Origin: Candidatus Omnitrophota bacterium
Lineage (GTDB): Bacteria > Omnitrophota > Omnitrophia > Omnitrophales > JACROU01
NCBI GenBank assembly: GCA_029261035.1
Contig: JAJDCD010000008.1
Location: forward strand, 162,313 to 226,312
Direction: 5' to 3'
DNA length: 64,000 nucleotides
Part shown: positions 1-9,488 of the stretch, in pieces
Layout of the letters: each line of letters starts with the position of its first letter
How positions within the stretch are numbered: position 1 is the stretch's first letter
Translations under genes and position numbers: made by a program
Notes under the pieces: generated by a model
The model's input: only the letters and a program-made list of their open reading frames with translations
The model's database searches: none
Told to the model about the DNA's origin: nothing

Positions 1-603
1 AATCGCAGAACCTCGATGCGTAATTAAACGGTAAAGCATATACAAAAAACTATTCCCCAACGCCACTAAAAAAGAAACTCCATACACTCCTGTCCAGCGA
101 GCTGTCTGTAACAGGCTATACATTTCAGTTTGAGAATAACCCAGCAAGTTCCACCCAAAGCCCATGATTGGGATTTCAGAACGAATCCATTCCACCAAAA
201 CCCACAAGGATGGGATGGCAATATATAAACGAACATTGCTCCAAAAACAAACCCCGCAATAATGTTTTTGAAATAATTCCCAGATCAATAAAGCAAGCAA
301 ACCATAAAACATACTTTCAAAACAAACAACAAACAACAAACCAAAAAAAGTTACATGCCGAATCCAAAAAATTGAAATTGCAAAAAAAACAAAAGCAAAT
401 ATAAAACCTGCCAGGAATGCATTTCTTCTATTCTCTATCGTTTGCAATAGAATAAAAAGTGGGACTAAAGCAATCCAGGCAACGGGCCAGAAACTCATCA
501 TTGGAAATGCAAAAGATAAAATGACACCACTCACCACTGGAAGCCAAAAACTTCTTAAAAAAGAAGAGGGTTGTTTTGAAATAGAGTTATCTGTGAAAGT
601 CAT
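1..603 (-). CDS. lnt: Apolipoprotein N-acyltransferase (Lnt), N-terminal part; the gene runs off the window start
   Basis: Minus-strand frame with ATG at complement 601-603 translates MTFTDNSISKQPSSFLRSFWLPVVSGVILSFAFPMMSFWPVAWIALVPLFILL..., a multi-TM N-terminus typical of Lnt (FPxxxxWPLAWIALxPLL). There is no stop before position 1, which is why the ORF track omits it. Confidence 0.45.
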   Translation of the reverse strand, partial: MTFTDNSISKQPSSFLRSFWLPVVSGVILSFAFPMMSFWPVAWIALVPLFILLQTIENRRNAFLAGFIFAFVFFAISIFWIRHVTFFGLLFVVCFESMFYGLLALLIWELFQKHYCGVCFWSNVRLYIAIPSLWVLVEWIRSEIPIMGFGWNLLGYSQTEMYSLLQTARWTGVYGVSFLVALGNSFLYMLYRLITHRGSAI

Positions 604-645
604 AGGATTTCCAAAAAGACAGAGCCGTCAAAAATCGGCAGCTTA

Positions 646-3231
646 CTAGCCGTGACATTTTTTATACTTTTTACCACTACCACAAGGACAAGGGTCATTT
701 CTGCCCACCTTAGGCCCTGCTTTAACTGGCGCTGGGGAACCCCCCACAGCCGCTTGAGAAGAATCTAACATTGTTGGAGCTGATTCAGCATCAGAAATAG
801 GCGATCCAATTTGAGACATACTGGAAGCCTCTGGGTGAACTGTTTTCTGAGGACTTGCCCCAAATACATTAGACATTTCTTTGCTTTGAGCAGCCTCCGC
901 TTTGAAGACGAACTCAATAGCTTCATGCTTAATGCTTTCTATCATTTCTTCAAAAAGATTAAAAGCCTCTCTAGAATATTCAACAAGAGGATCTCTCTGA
1001 CCATAAGCTCTTAAATGAATCCCTTCTTTCAAATTATCGATAGAATAAAGGTGGTCTTTCCATTTAGAATCGATCATTTGTAGCAAGATATACTTAGACA
1101 TGTACAACATAACTTCAGAACTGAGTCTTTTTTCCTTTTCATCGTAAAAAGCCTCTATCTTTTTTGTCAAAACGTCTTCAAGATCTGAAGTAGAATATTC
1201 AACTAAATCAATATCTTTAAGATCAAAATTAAACTTTGATTTAAAAACCTCTGAAAATTTATCATAATCCCAATCCTGAGGATCAATATTGTCATTAAAA
1301 TACTCTTCGATCAGCTCGCTTAAAATTTCCTCAATCATTTCAAATAAATGCTTTTTTAAATTTTCACTTTCCAAAACTGTATTTCTCTCATCATATATAA
1401 CTTCTCTCTGTTTATTCATGACATTGTCATACTCAAGTAACATTTTACGAATATCAAAGTTCCTAGCTTCAACTCTTCTCTGAGCTTTTTCTAAAGCACG
1501 AGTAACGAGCGGATGTTCAATCTCTTGACCTTCTTCCATCCCCATTTTCTGCATTAAACCCGAAATCCGATCAGAACCAAAAATACGCATCAAGGAATCT
1601 TCTAAGGAAATAAAAAATTTCGTAGACCCAGGGTCCCCCTGCCTTCCAGATCGACCTCTCAACTGATTGTCAATCCGACGGGACTCATGCCTCTCCGTTC
1701 CAATTACGTGCAACCCACCCGCTTCATGAACGCCTTCTCCTAAAACAATATCCGTTCCTCTACCAGCCATATTTGTTGAGATTGTGACATTCCCTGGCTG
1801 TCCTGCTCTAGAAATAATCTCAGCTTCTTGCTCATGATATTTAGCATTAAGAACGGAGTGAGGTAAATTTTTCCGTTTCAAAACCTGACTCAATTTTTCC
1901 GAGTTTTGAATCGAAATAGTTCCGACCAAAACAGGCTTCCCTAATTTATGCATTTCGATAATATTGTCTACAACAGCATTAAACTTCTCATGTTCTGTTC
2001 GGTAGATACAGTCAGAATAATCTTTTCTAATATTAGCTTTGTTAGTAGGAATAACAACTACTTCGAGTTTGTAAATTTTTTCAAATTCAACAGCCTCTGT
2101 AGATGCCGTTCCTGTCATTCCACTTAATTTTTTATACATACGAAAATAATTTTGGAAGGTGACAGTTGCTAAAGTTTGATTTTCTCGCTCAATACGCACA
2201 TTTTCTTTAGCTTCAAGAGCTTGGTGTAGACCATCAGAAAAACGTCGACCCGGCATAAGTCGTCCTGTGAATTCATCCACAATCACAACCTGATTCTCTT
2301 TTATCACATAATCAATATCTCTTTTGAAAAGAACATGCGCTTTTAACGCTTGATTAATGTGATGAATTAAATCGATCTGAGTATTTTCATATAAGTTTTT
2401 ATTACCAAGCAAAGACTCACAGCTTTTAACACCTTCCTCAGTCAGTGTTACCGTATTTGATTTTTCATCAATGGTGTAATCAGAATCTAGCTTAAGACTG
2501 GGTATAATTTTGTTAATCTGATAATACTTATCTGTGGATTCATCTGCAGGACCCGAAATAATCAGCGGTGTTCGAGCTTCGTCAATCAGAATAGAGTCAA
2601 CTTCGTCTACAATAGCAAAATTTTGTTTTTTCATTCTTCGGCTATTAATGTCGTATTCCATATTATCGCGCAAGAAATCAAAGCCATATTCGTTATTTGT
2701 GCCGAAAGTTATATCCGAATTATAAGCGCGCTGTCTTTCTTCAGCATCAATATCATGCTGAATCACACCAACAGTAAGCCCCAAAAACTCATAAATAGGC
2801 CCCATCCATTCCCTATCACGATTTGCTAAGTAGTCATTTACTGTGACCACATGAACCCCTTTACCCTCTAATGCGTTAAGATAAACAGGACATGTTGCTA
2901 CTAGGGTTTTACCTTCCCCTGTAGACATCTCAGTAACACGTCCTTGATGCAAAAACACCCCGCCCAAAAGCTGCACATCAAAATGACGCATATTAAGTAA
3001 CCTACGTGAAACTTCACGAACAACGGCAAATGATTCCACAATCAAATCATCCAAGGTCTCCCCAGCTTTTAATCGTTTTCTAAATTCATCCGTCTTTGCC
3101 TTTAAAGCATCATCACTTAAAGCTTTAATTTCAGGCTCCAGCTGATTCATTTTATCCACCAAAGGCTGGACTTTCTTAATCACACGATCATTCTGAGATC
3201 CAAATACTTTTTTTAATAATCCACCAATCAT
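646..3231 (-). CDS. secA: Preprotein translocase ATPase SecA
   Basis: 861 aa. N-terminus [24 protein letters not shown]-like motor motifs, and the C-terminal zinc-binding tail [14 protein letters not shown]. Confidence 0.97.
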   Translation of the reverse strand: MIGGLLKKVFGSQNDRVIKKVQPLVDKMNQLEPEIKALSDDALKAKTDEFRKRLKAGETLDDLIVESFAVVREVSRRLLNMRHFDVQLLGGVFLHQGRVTEMSTGEGKTLVATCPVYLNALEGKGVHVVTVNDYLANRDREWMGPIYEFLGLTVGVIQHDIDAEERQRAYNSDITFGTNNEYGFDFLRDNMEYDINSRRMKKQNFAIVDEVDSILIDEARTPLIISGPADESTDKYYQINKIIPSLKLDSDYTIDEKSNTVTLTEEGVKSCESLLGNKNLYENTQIDLIHHINQALKAHVLFKRDIDYVIKENQVVIVDEFTGRLMPGRRFSDGLHQALEAKENVRIERENQTLATVTFQNYFRMYKKLSGMTGTASTEAVEFEKIYKLEVVVIPTNKANIRKDYSDCIYRTEHEKFNAVVDNIIEMHKLGKPVLVGTISIQNSEKLSQVLKRKNLPHSVLNAKYHEQEAEIISRAGQPGNVTISTNMAGRGTDIVLGEGVHEAGGLHVIGTERHESRRIDNQLRGRSGRQGDPGSTKFFISLEDSLMRIFGSDRISGLMQKMGMEEGQEIEHPLVTRALEKAQRRVEARNFDIRKMLLEYDNVMNKQREVIYDERNTVLESENLKKHLFEMIEEILSELIEEYFNDNIDPQDWDYDKFSEVFKSKFNFDLKDIDLVEYSTSDLEDVLTKKIEAFYDEKEKRLSSEVMLYMSKYILLQMIDSKWKDHLYSIDNLKEGIHLRAYGQRDPLVEYSREAFNLFEEMIESIKHEAIEFVFKAEAAQSKEMSNVFGASPQKTVHPEASSMSQIGSPISDAESAPTMLDSSQAAVGGSPAPVKAGPKVGRNDPCPCGSGKKYKKCHG

Positions 3232-3244
3232 TATAAAGCCACCT

Positions 3245-4355
3245 TTATTTTCTCATTCGACTTTTTAAAAATGCTTCAATAAATAAATCAATATCTCCAT
3301 CCATAACACGAGTCACATCCGAAGTTTCGGATTGAGTCCTATGGTCCTTAACTAAAGAGTAAGGTTGAAAAACATAGGATCTAATCTGCGACCCCCACGA
3401 TATTTCCATTTTCTCACTATACTTCTCTTGAGTTCGAGCATTGTCCTCTTTACGCTTAACTTCATACAAGCGCGCTTTAAGAACCTTTAAAGCAGATTGC
3501 TTATTTTTAAACTGAGAGCGTTCATTTTGACACTGAACAACAACCCCTGACTCAATATGAGTAATTCTTACAGCACTGGAAGTTTTATTGACATGCTGAC
3601 CACCAGCACCCCCTGCTCGATAAGTATCAATACGAATATCAGCTTCCTTAATTTCAATCTCTGTTAAATCTCGCACATCTGCAACAACATCGACAGAAGC
3701 AAAAGAAGTATGCCTTCTTTTATTACTATCAAAAGGAGAGATTCTAACCAAACGATGAACACCAGCCTCTGCTTTTAAATACCCATAACCAAAAGTTCCA
3801 CGAATAAAAAAAGTGATATTTTTTATCCCAGCCTCTTCACCATTTAACTGATCAAAAACCTCTAATTTAAATCCCTTCCGTTCAGCCCATCGAGAATACA
3901 GACGAAATAACATCTGGACCCAATCACAAGACTCTGTACCTCCTGCTCCTGCATTAATACTCATCAAAGCATCACACACATCCACAGGATCTGAAAGCAA
4001 TAGCTTAAACTCTAAAGAATCAACTTCCTTTTCTAGGTTTTTAATTTCGTCTGCAAACTCATTCAAAGACTGAGCATCATCATCAGAAACCAAGGACATC
4101 AGCTCAAACAAATCTTTTAATTGTTTTTCTGCTTTCTCAAAAGGGTCAACCAAAGATTTTAAAATCTTCATCTGAGAAACAACTTCTTGAGCCGACTTAC
4201 TGTCATCCCAAAAATTAGGCTCGGCAATTTTACTATTCAACAACTCTATCTGCTTCTGCTTATCTCCAAGGTCAAAGACACCCCCTAAGTTCAGATAACG
4301 TTTTCTGAACTTTCTCTAATCGCTCATTAAGTTCTTCTGGATTCTGAGGATCCAT
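3245..4355 (-). CDS. prfB: Peptide chain release factor 2, made by a programmed +1 ribosomal frameshift
   Basis: The 332-aa ORF holds the GGQ motif ([21 protein letters not shown]) and SPF-like region but lacks the RF2 N-terminus. Upstream, ATG at complement 4353-4355 (GGAGGT Shine-Dalgarno 8 nt upstream) encodes [27 protein letters not shown], then CTT TGA C at complement 4277-4271. Shifting +1 joins the long ORF, giving ~368 aa in total. Confidence 0.9.
4271..4289 (-). promoter_or_regulatory. RF2 autoregulatory +1 frameshift site (internal Shine-Dalgarno AGGGGG, 3-nt spacer, CUU UGA C)
   Basis: Minus-strand sequence AGGGGGTGTCTTTGAC matches the E. coli prfB site AGGGGGUAUCUUUGAC in both spacing and shifty codon. 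Confidence 0.85.
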
Positions 4356-4386
4356 AAGGCTAACCTCCAAGTTGCTTTTAAAATTG

Positions 4387-5802
4387 TTACCCTAGCTCTT
4401 TTTTAATCTTACGCGCTAAACCATCTGATATACCCACAATTGAGCTTATTTCCTCAACCGAAGCTTTCTCTATTTTTTTGACAGACCCAAAATAATTTAA
4501 AAGAACTTTCTTACGAGTTTCTCCAACACCTTCAATTTTGTCCAAAACAGAGTCCGTCACCTTATTATCGCGTAATTTCCGATGATACTCTATAGCAAAT
4601 CGATGAGATTCATCCCTTACCTTCTGAAGCATATGTAACACAGGAGAATCTTTAGCTATATTTAAAGGCTTCGTAGAACCGACAGTGTAAATCTGTTCAA
4701 AGCGTTTTGCAATAGAAATTAAAGAAATTCCATCAAAACCCTCTTCTTGGAGCACTTTATAAACAGCATTCAAATGCCCCTTCCCACCATCAATTAGAAT
4801 AATATCAGGATCTAGCTCTTCCTTACTTTCTTTAAGGCGTCTCAGCATTCTACGAACCGCTTCTTGCATCATTGCATAATCGTTAATTTGCAGAACTGCT
4901 TTGATTTTATATCTTCTATAATCAAATTTATCCGGCATCTCACGATAAAAACTCACTTTAGATGCCACAGACTCACTTCCAAAAGTATTAGATACGTCAA
5001 AACAGACAATTCTTTCTGGATATTTATTTAACTTTAAAATTTTCCTTAATTCTGATGTTGCCGACAATGTCACTGACTTTTCTGGTTTTTTTATATGGAA
5101 TCGCTTTTTCTTTAAGTGGACCAAAGCCTGTATTTGCTCTTTATAAATTTGAGCTTCTTCAAAACAAAGCTCCTTTGCCGACGATTCCATTCTAAGTTGA
5201 AGGTATTCCACCAAGTTTCTTTTTCCCCCACCTAAAAAATCAGAAACCTCATCCATTAGTTCTTTATATTCTTTTTTAATATCTGGGAAAATACAAGGAG
5301 CTACACATTGCCCAATATGGTAATACAAACAAGCTGTTTTAGGTAAAGTCATACATTTACGAATAGGGAAAATAGTATGAATTAACCTCAAGGCTTCTCT
5401 CAGCAAACGAGCGTCGGTAAAAGGTCCATAATACTTTGATTTCTTATCTTTTTTCTGCCTCGTCATCATCAACCTTGGGAAAGTTTCATTTGTCATTTTC
5501 ACCAAAGGAAAACTCTTATCATCTTTCTGACGTGTATTATATTTGGGTTTGTGCTTGTTGATCAGTTGAGCCTCTAACAACAGAGCTTCGATTTCAGTGG
5601 GTGTTTCAATATAATCCACATCTTGAATTCGAGTCACTAAAACTTGAATTTTGGGCGAATGTCCTTCTTTGATAAAATAGGAGGACACTCTTCTTTTCAA
5701 AGAATTAGCTTTCCCTATATAAACAACCTCTCCTTCAGAGTCTTTCATCAAATAAACTCCAGGAGTCAGAGGTAATTTTTTTACTTTTTCTTTAATATCC
5801 AC
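4387..5802 (-). CDS. uvrC: Excinuclease ABC subunit C (compact, 471 aa)
   Basis: N-terminal GIY-YIG (PGVYLMKDSEGEVVYIGKANSLKRRVSSYF), UVR-like helix (ELCFEEAQIYKEQIQAL), RNase H-like region (RIVCFDVSNTFGSESVASKVSF) and a C-terminal HhH (IEGVGETRKKVLLNYFGSVKKI). Confidence 0.85.
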   Translation of the reverse strand: MDIKEKVKKLPLTPGVYLMKDSEGEVVYIGKANSLKRRVSSYFIKEGHSPKIQVLVTRIQDVDYIETPTEIEALLLEAQLINKHKPKYNTRQKDDKSFPLVKMTNETFPRLMMTRQKKDKKSKYYGPFTDARLLREALRLIHTIFPIRKCMTLPKTACLYYHIGQCVAPCIFPDIKKEYKELMDEVSDFLGGGKRNLVEYLQLRMESSAKELCFEEAQIYKEQIQALVHLKKKRFHIKKPEKSVTLSATSELRKILKLNKYPERIVCFDVSNTFGSESVASKVSFYREMPDKFDYRRYKIKAVLQINDYAMMQEAVRRMLRRLKESKEELDPDIILIDGGKGHLNAVYKVLQEEGFDGISLISIAKRFEQIYTVGSTKPLNIAKDSPVLHMLQKVRDESHRFAIEYHRKLRDNKVTDSVLDKIEGVGETRKKVLLNYFGSVKKIEKASVEEISSIVGISDGLARKIKKELG

Positions 5803-7343
5803 AAAAACAATCTCCTACTCTCCTCAACACGAAACAAGAAACTCAAAACCAAATAAACAATAACTCCACTCAATATAATCAACAAGAGATTAAACAGTTG
5901 ATTTAAAAAAGCAGCCTGAAAAAAAGAAAAAGCTACAATTCGATTTAATAAAACAACAACACCCCCCATCAAAACCGAAAGAAAAGCGACACGGGTTAAA
6001 TCAAAAACAATCTCTTTCACCCCAAAATCTCCCAATCGACCTCGAAGTATTATAAGAAGAAACAAAAAATGAAACAATCCTATTACCCCAGTAGAAACAG
6101 CAAGCCCTAAAGGCCCTCCCAGTTTTAAACATAAAAAATTTAACACCCCATTCAAAAAGAAACAAAACAAACCAATTTTCATAGGGGTTTTCATATCTTG
6201 AACACTATAAAAAGCAGAAACCAAAACTGGAACTGCAGAATAAAATAAAACACCACCCATATAACCCAAGAACATAGCTTGAGTCCTTAGAGTAGCTTCA
6301 TAAGTAAAAGCTCCTCTTTGGAACAAAATCTGAATAATAGGTTCTGAGAGAACCATCATCCCAACCATTGAAGGGAATACAATAAAAAAAATTCCTTTTA
6401 ATGAAATTCTTAATATTTCTTTTACTTTTTGAGAGGCTTGTGCTGCAGACAAACTTGAAAACTCGGGTAACAAGACAGTACTTAAGGCCGTAGCAAATAT
6501 ACTTAATGGAAACTGCATCAATCGAACAGAATACCAAAGACTTGAGCTTACTCCTTCTTGAGAAAAAAAACCAAAAATTAAATCCATAAAGAGATTCAAT
6601 TGCAAAACAGACATTCCAATTACTGCCGGAAATAATAACGAAGTAAAACGCTTTAAATTTTCCCCTCCCCAATTGAGCAAGGGAAACAATACATAACCTT
6701 TTCTTTTAACGGGAATCCACACACACAACATTTGAATAAGTCCAGAGAGTACTATGGAAGCACATAGCAATCGAAGAGTCTGCTCAGAAGTTTTTGATAA
6801 AAAAGAACAAACAAAGACAATCACAGAAACCCAGCAAACATTTAAAATAATAGGAGTAAAAGCAGGTATTAAAAATTGCTTCTCACTAAAAAGAATTCCC
6901 ATACTTACTGAAATTAAAAACAAAACGACTACGTATGGGGCCAAGACCTTCAAAAATATCAAAAACCAAAGCGCATCTTCCTGAAAACTAATTGTTCCTA
7001 TCAATAACTCCACGACGCAATAAAAAACTAAAAGAAAAAGAAGGCCTACAAAGAGAAATAAACTCCCTACCTGCCTAGCAAAACGTTCCGCTTCATTCCT
7101 GCCTTCCGTTTCTAACAAATCAGTAAAAATAGGCACAAAAGCACTAGTCAAAACACCTTCAGACACCAGACGACGCAAAATGTTGGGGAAAGTAAAAGCA
7201 AACACAAAAGCATCCCATATACGGGAAAGACCAAAAAAGTGCGCACTTACCACATCCCGAATAAGTCCTGTCACTCTAGAGAGAAAACTTAAAAAGGCCA
7301 CCCATCCCGTATTTTTAATTATTGCTTTGTTGGAATCAGACAT
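5781..7343 (-). CDS. murJ: Lipid II flippase MurJ (MviN)
   Basis: 520 aa, 12-14 predicted TM segments. N-terminal signature LSRVTGLIRDVVSAHFFGLSRIWDAFVFAFTFPNILRRL. Confidence 0.85.
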   Translation of the reverse strand: MSDSNKAIIKNTGWVAFLSFLSRVTGLIRDVVSAHFFGLSRIWDAFVFAFTFPNILRRLVSEGVLTSAFVPIFTDLLETEGRNEAERFARQVGSLFLFVGLLFLLVFYCVVELLIGTISFQEDALWFLIFLKVLAPYVVVLFLISVSMGILFSEKQFLIPAFTPIILNVCWVSVIVFVCSFLSKTSEQTLRLLCASIVLSGLIQMLCVWIPVKRKGYVLFPLLNWGGENLKRFTSLLFPAVIGMSVLQLNLFMDLIFGFFSQEGVSSSLWYSVRLMQFPLSIFATALSTVLLPEFSSLSAAQASQKVKEILRISLKGIFFIVFPSMVGMMVLSEPIIQILFQRGAFTYEATLRTQAMFLGYMGGVLFYSAVPVLVSAFYSVQDMKTPMKIGLFCFFLNGVLNFLCLKLGGPLGLAVSTGVIGLFHFLFLLIILRGRLGDFGVKEIVFDLTRVAFLSVLMGGVVVLLNRIVAFSFFQAAFLNQLFNLLLIILSGVIVYLVLSFLFRVEESRRLFLWILKKK

Positions 7344-7428
7344 ACTTCAAAGACCTCCAAAAAGAAGATAAATTCAATGTAAGTCAATACTATATCATAA
7401 GATAAATCCATCAACCCAAACTCTTTTA

Positions 7429-7457
7429 TTGCATTCTTCTATCAGCTATGGTAAATT
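7429..7457 (+). promoter_or_regulatory. Putative sigma70-type promoter for rpsT (TTGCAT, 17-nt spacer, TAAATT)
   Basis: Seen in the divergent murJ/rpsT intergenic region. An AAGGAG Shine-Dalgarno sits at 7514-7519, 8 nt before the rpsT ATG. Confidence 0.3.
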
Positions 7458-7527
7458 ACGTCCTCATTTTAAGGCTAAGTCGTTAGCCAAAATACCTATT
7501 GATTAGTGTTATAAAGGAGTTTTACGA

Positions 7528-7803
7528 ATGCCAAATTCACCATCAGCAACTAAAAGATTGAGAAGCGACGCCAGAAAAAGAAGCTTTAATCAACTTGTTC
7601 TGTCAGAAATTAAAACGTTAAAGAAAAAATTAAAAGCTTCTATTGAAAGCAAAAATATAGAAGAGTCTAAAGTAACTGCAAAAACGCTTATTACTAAATT
7701 AGATAAAGGTGTCAAAAAAGGAACTCTTCCAAGAACAAAAGTGGATAGATTAAAATCCAGAATTCAAATAAGCATAAACAAGCTCACTCCTGCAAATTCT
7801 TAA
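7528..7803 (+). CDS. rpsT: 30S ribosomal protein S20
   Basis: 91 aa, basic, starts MPNSPSATKRLRSDARKRSFNQ, which is typical of S20. A strong Shine-Dalgarno precedes it. Confidence 0.9.
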   Translation: MPNSPSATKRLRSDARKRSFNQLVLSEIKTLKKKLKASIESKNIEESKVTAKTLITKLDKGVKKGTLPRTKVDRLKSRIQISINKLTPANS

Positions 7804-7820
7804 TTTCAGTTTAAATAAAA

Positions 7821-7857
7821 AAGCCCTACACAATTAAATGTAGGGCTTTTTTGTTTT
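7821..7857. terminator. Bidirectional rho-independent terminator between convergent rpsT (+) and holA (-)
   Basis: Stem AAGCCCTACA / TGTAGGGCTT with a 8-nt loop, flanked by an A-run upstream and TTTTGTTTT downstream. Confidence 0.6.
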
Positions 7858-7861
7858 AAAA

Positions 7862-8869
7862 CTAACTCGTCCCCAACCTCAATAGCAACATTTCCACTGC
7901 CGCTTTAACAGATACTTTTCCTGTTTTAATTGCTGCATCTGTTTCAAAAAGAAGCTTAAAAGTTCTCTTTAACTTTTGTTCATTAAAGGAAGATAACTGT
8001 TGAACAAACCGGTTTAGAAAATAAGGTCTTATATTTAACTTTCGACCCAACTCATCTCTAGACCCTCCAGAAAGTAAGAATTTTTTACCTTCATATATCC
8101 GTTTCATCTGCCAATTCAAAAGACCTAAAAGCTCAGTGCTTTGATATGGATTTTCTTCGTAAAGATGAAAATAAATCTCAAACACCTCTGTGATATTTTT
8201 CTTAGACAAAGCCTCCGCTAGATCAAAACCTGTCGAATCATAAACCTGATCCCCCAAAGCTTCTACATGAGCCTCTGAAATAATTTCATCTGCGGGTACG
8301 TTTAAACTTAATTTTTCTAAAGTACTATTTAAAAATAATAAATTATCAGAACAGGTCTCTTCCAGAATTTTAGCTGCACCGGGACTCACTTTAAGATTCA
8401 AAGATCTAATTTTCTCACGAATAAATAATCGAATCTGCTCCTTTCGATTACTCCACCTCGACGAGCTTCCTTTATTCGGAGGCGCGTCCAGAACATTCGA
8501 CTCTCCTTTTACAGAATCAACAAAAGTATAAATCTTCTTTTTCCCTTTAACAATTTCTCCTTCTAAAAAAATAAAAGAAAAATGGGAAGGGTTTTTAAAA
8601 TATTTCTTCAACATCTCAAAATCCCCTTCTTTCATCAATTCTGCACCCTTGATCCAAATAATTTGTTTTTCTGAAAGGAAGGGGTATGTTAGAGCTTGCC
8701 TAAGAACAACTTCCCAATCTATGTCTTTCATGTAATAGAGGAAAACAGAGTCCTCTTCCCCTGATGAAAGAATTTGATGCTTCTTTTTCTGTAAACAGTT
8801 TTGAGTTAGATAAGGATCGCCTACGGCAAGGGTAAGTAAAGGAAGTGAGGTTGTACTTTTTTTAGTCAT
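7862..8869 (-). CDS. holA: DNA polymerase III delta subunit
   Basis: 335 aa. Size and C-terminal helical domain (LFETDAAIKTGKVSVKAAVEMLLLRL) fit HolA, and it sits downstream of an LptE-like lipoprotein as in the conserved lptE-holA arrangement. Confidence 0.6.
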   Translation of the reverse strand: MTKKSTTSLPLLTLAVGDPYLTQNCLQKKKHQILSSGEEDSVFLYYMKDIDWEVVLRQALTYPFLSEKQIIWIKGAELMKEGDFEMLKKYFKNPSHFSFIFLEGEIVKGKKKIYTFVDSVKGESNVLDAPPNKGSSSRWSNRKEQIRLFIREKIRSLNLKVSPGAAKILEETCSDNLLFLNSTLEKLSLNVPADEIISEAHVEALGDQVYDSTGFDLAEALSKKNITEVFEIYFHLYEENPYQSTELLGLLNWQMKRIYEGKKFLLSGGSRDELGRKLNIRPYFLNRFVQQLSSFNEQKLKRTFKLLFETDAAIKTGKVSVKAAVEMLLLRLGTS

Positions 8870-8916
8870 AGTTAACGTTTAAAGTAGATAAGATGAGTCG
8901 ATTGAAAAGATAAACA

Positions 8917-9438
8917 CTACCAATCTTCCACAATTCGGTCAACAATATTACGAGCTAGTTTTTCAATTGCATTTCTAGCTGCTTGAGATTCACTAATAGA
9001 GTTTGGTCCAGATAAAGAGTAAATAAAGCTACCACTAAAATTAGGTTCTGTCCAAATGACCTCTTGCGTTCTCAAATCTCTTAAAGTCAATTCAACAACA
9101 ACAAATAATCGAAAACGATCAACCCGTTCTAAGTCATCATAACCAACAGCTTCTTGCTCAAAACGAAATAAACTGATATCAAGAACAGAGTCAGCTTGTT
9201 TTACATCTTTCAACCTTAAGTTCCCGTCAAAAATAACACGGTCTCGAACAGCGTTAGTGATAGATGTTTCTAACCCAGATTCATAAGTGTAAGAAGTTTT
9301 AATATTAATAGCATTAACAACAGCTGGAATTGCAATAGATGTAATTCCGTTAGGAAGATTCGCTTTTTGCGTATAACCACAACCTGAGATCAAACTAACA
9401 AATAACAAAAGACCTAAGCACTTATATAGCTTGTTCAC
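8917..9438 (-). CDS. Outer-membrane lipoprotein, LptE-like
   Basis: 173 aa. Lipoprotein signal peptide with lipobox LISGC, and it lies immediately upstream of holA. Residue-level similarity to LptE could not be verified. Confidence 0.4.
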   Translation of the reverse strand: MNKLYKCLGLLLFVSLISGCGYTQKANLPNGITSIAIPAVVNAINIKTSYTYESGLETSITNAVRDRVIFDGNLRLKDVKQADSVLDISLFRFEQEAVGYDDLERVDRFRLFVVVELTLRDLRTQEVIWTEPNFSGSFIYSLSGPNSISESQAARNAIEKLARNIVDRIVEDW

Positions 9439-9488
9439 TCAAACCTCCAAAATTAACTAAAACTTAGATTAACAAAAACTTTCAAACT

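Noticed and set aside
168-404. Plus-strand 78-aa ORF, Lys/Gln-rich and low complexity.
   Set aside because: It is A-rich antisense sequence of the minus-strand lnt N-terminus. The composition is an artefact and there is no Shine-Dalgarno.
3245-4243. RF2 ORF lacking its N-terminus, suspected pseudogene.
   Set aside because: It is explained by the conserved programmed +1 frameshift site upstream.
4387-5802. UvrC looked truncated (471 aa against ~600).
   Set aside because: All canonical domains are present (GIY-YIG, UVR helix, RNase H-like, HhH), so it is a compact but complete UvrC.
6298-6672. Nested or antisense ORFs (for example 6298-6672, 19129-19431, 26361-26570, 39342-39782, 51545-51772 and the many 60-90 aa ORFs on the opposite strand of large genes).
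   Set aside because: They lie fully inside well-supported genes and have biased low-complexity translations with no ribosome-binding sites. They are treated as frame noise.
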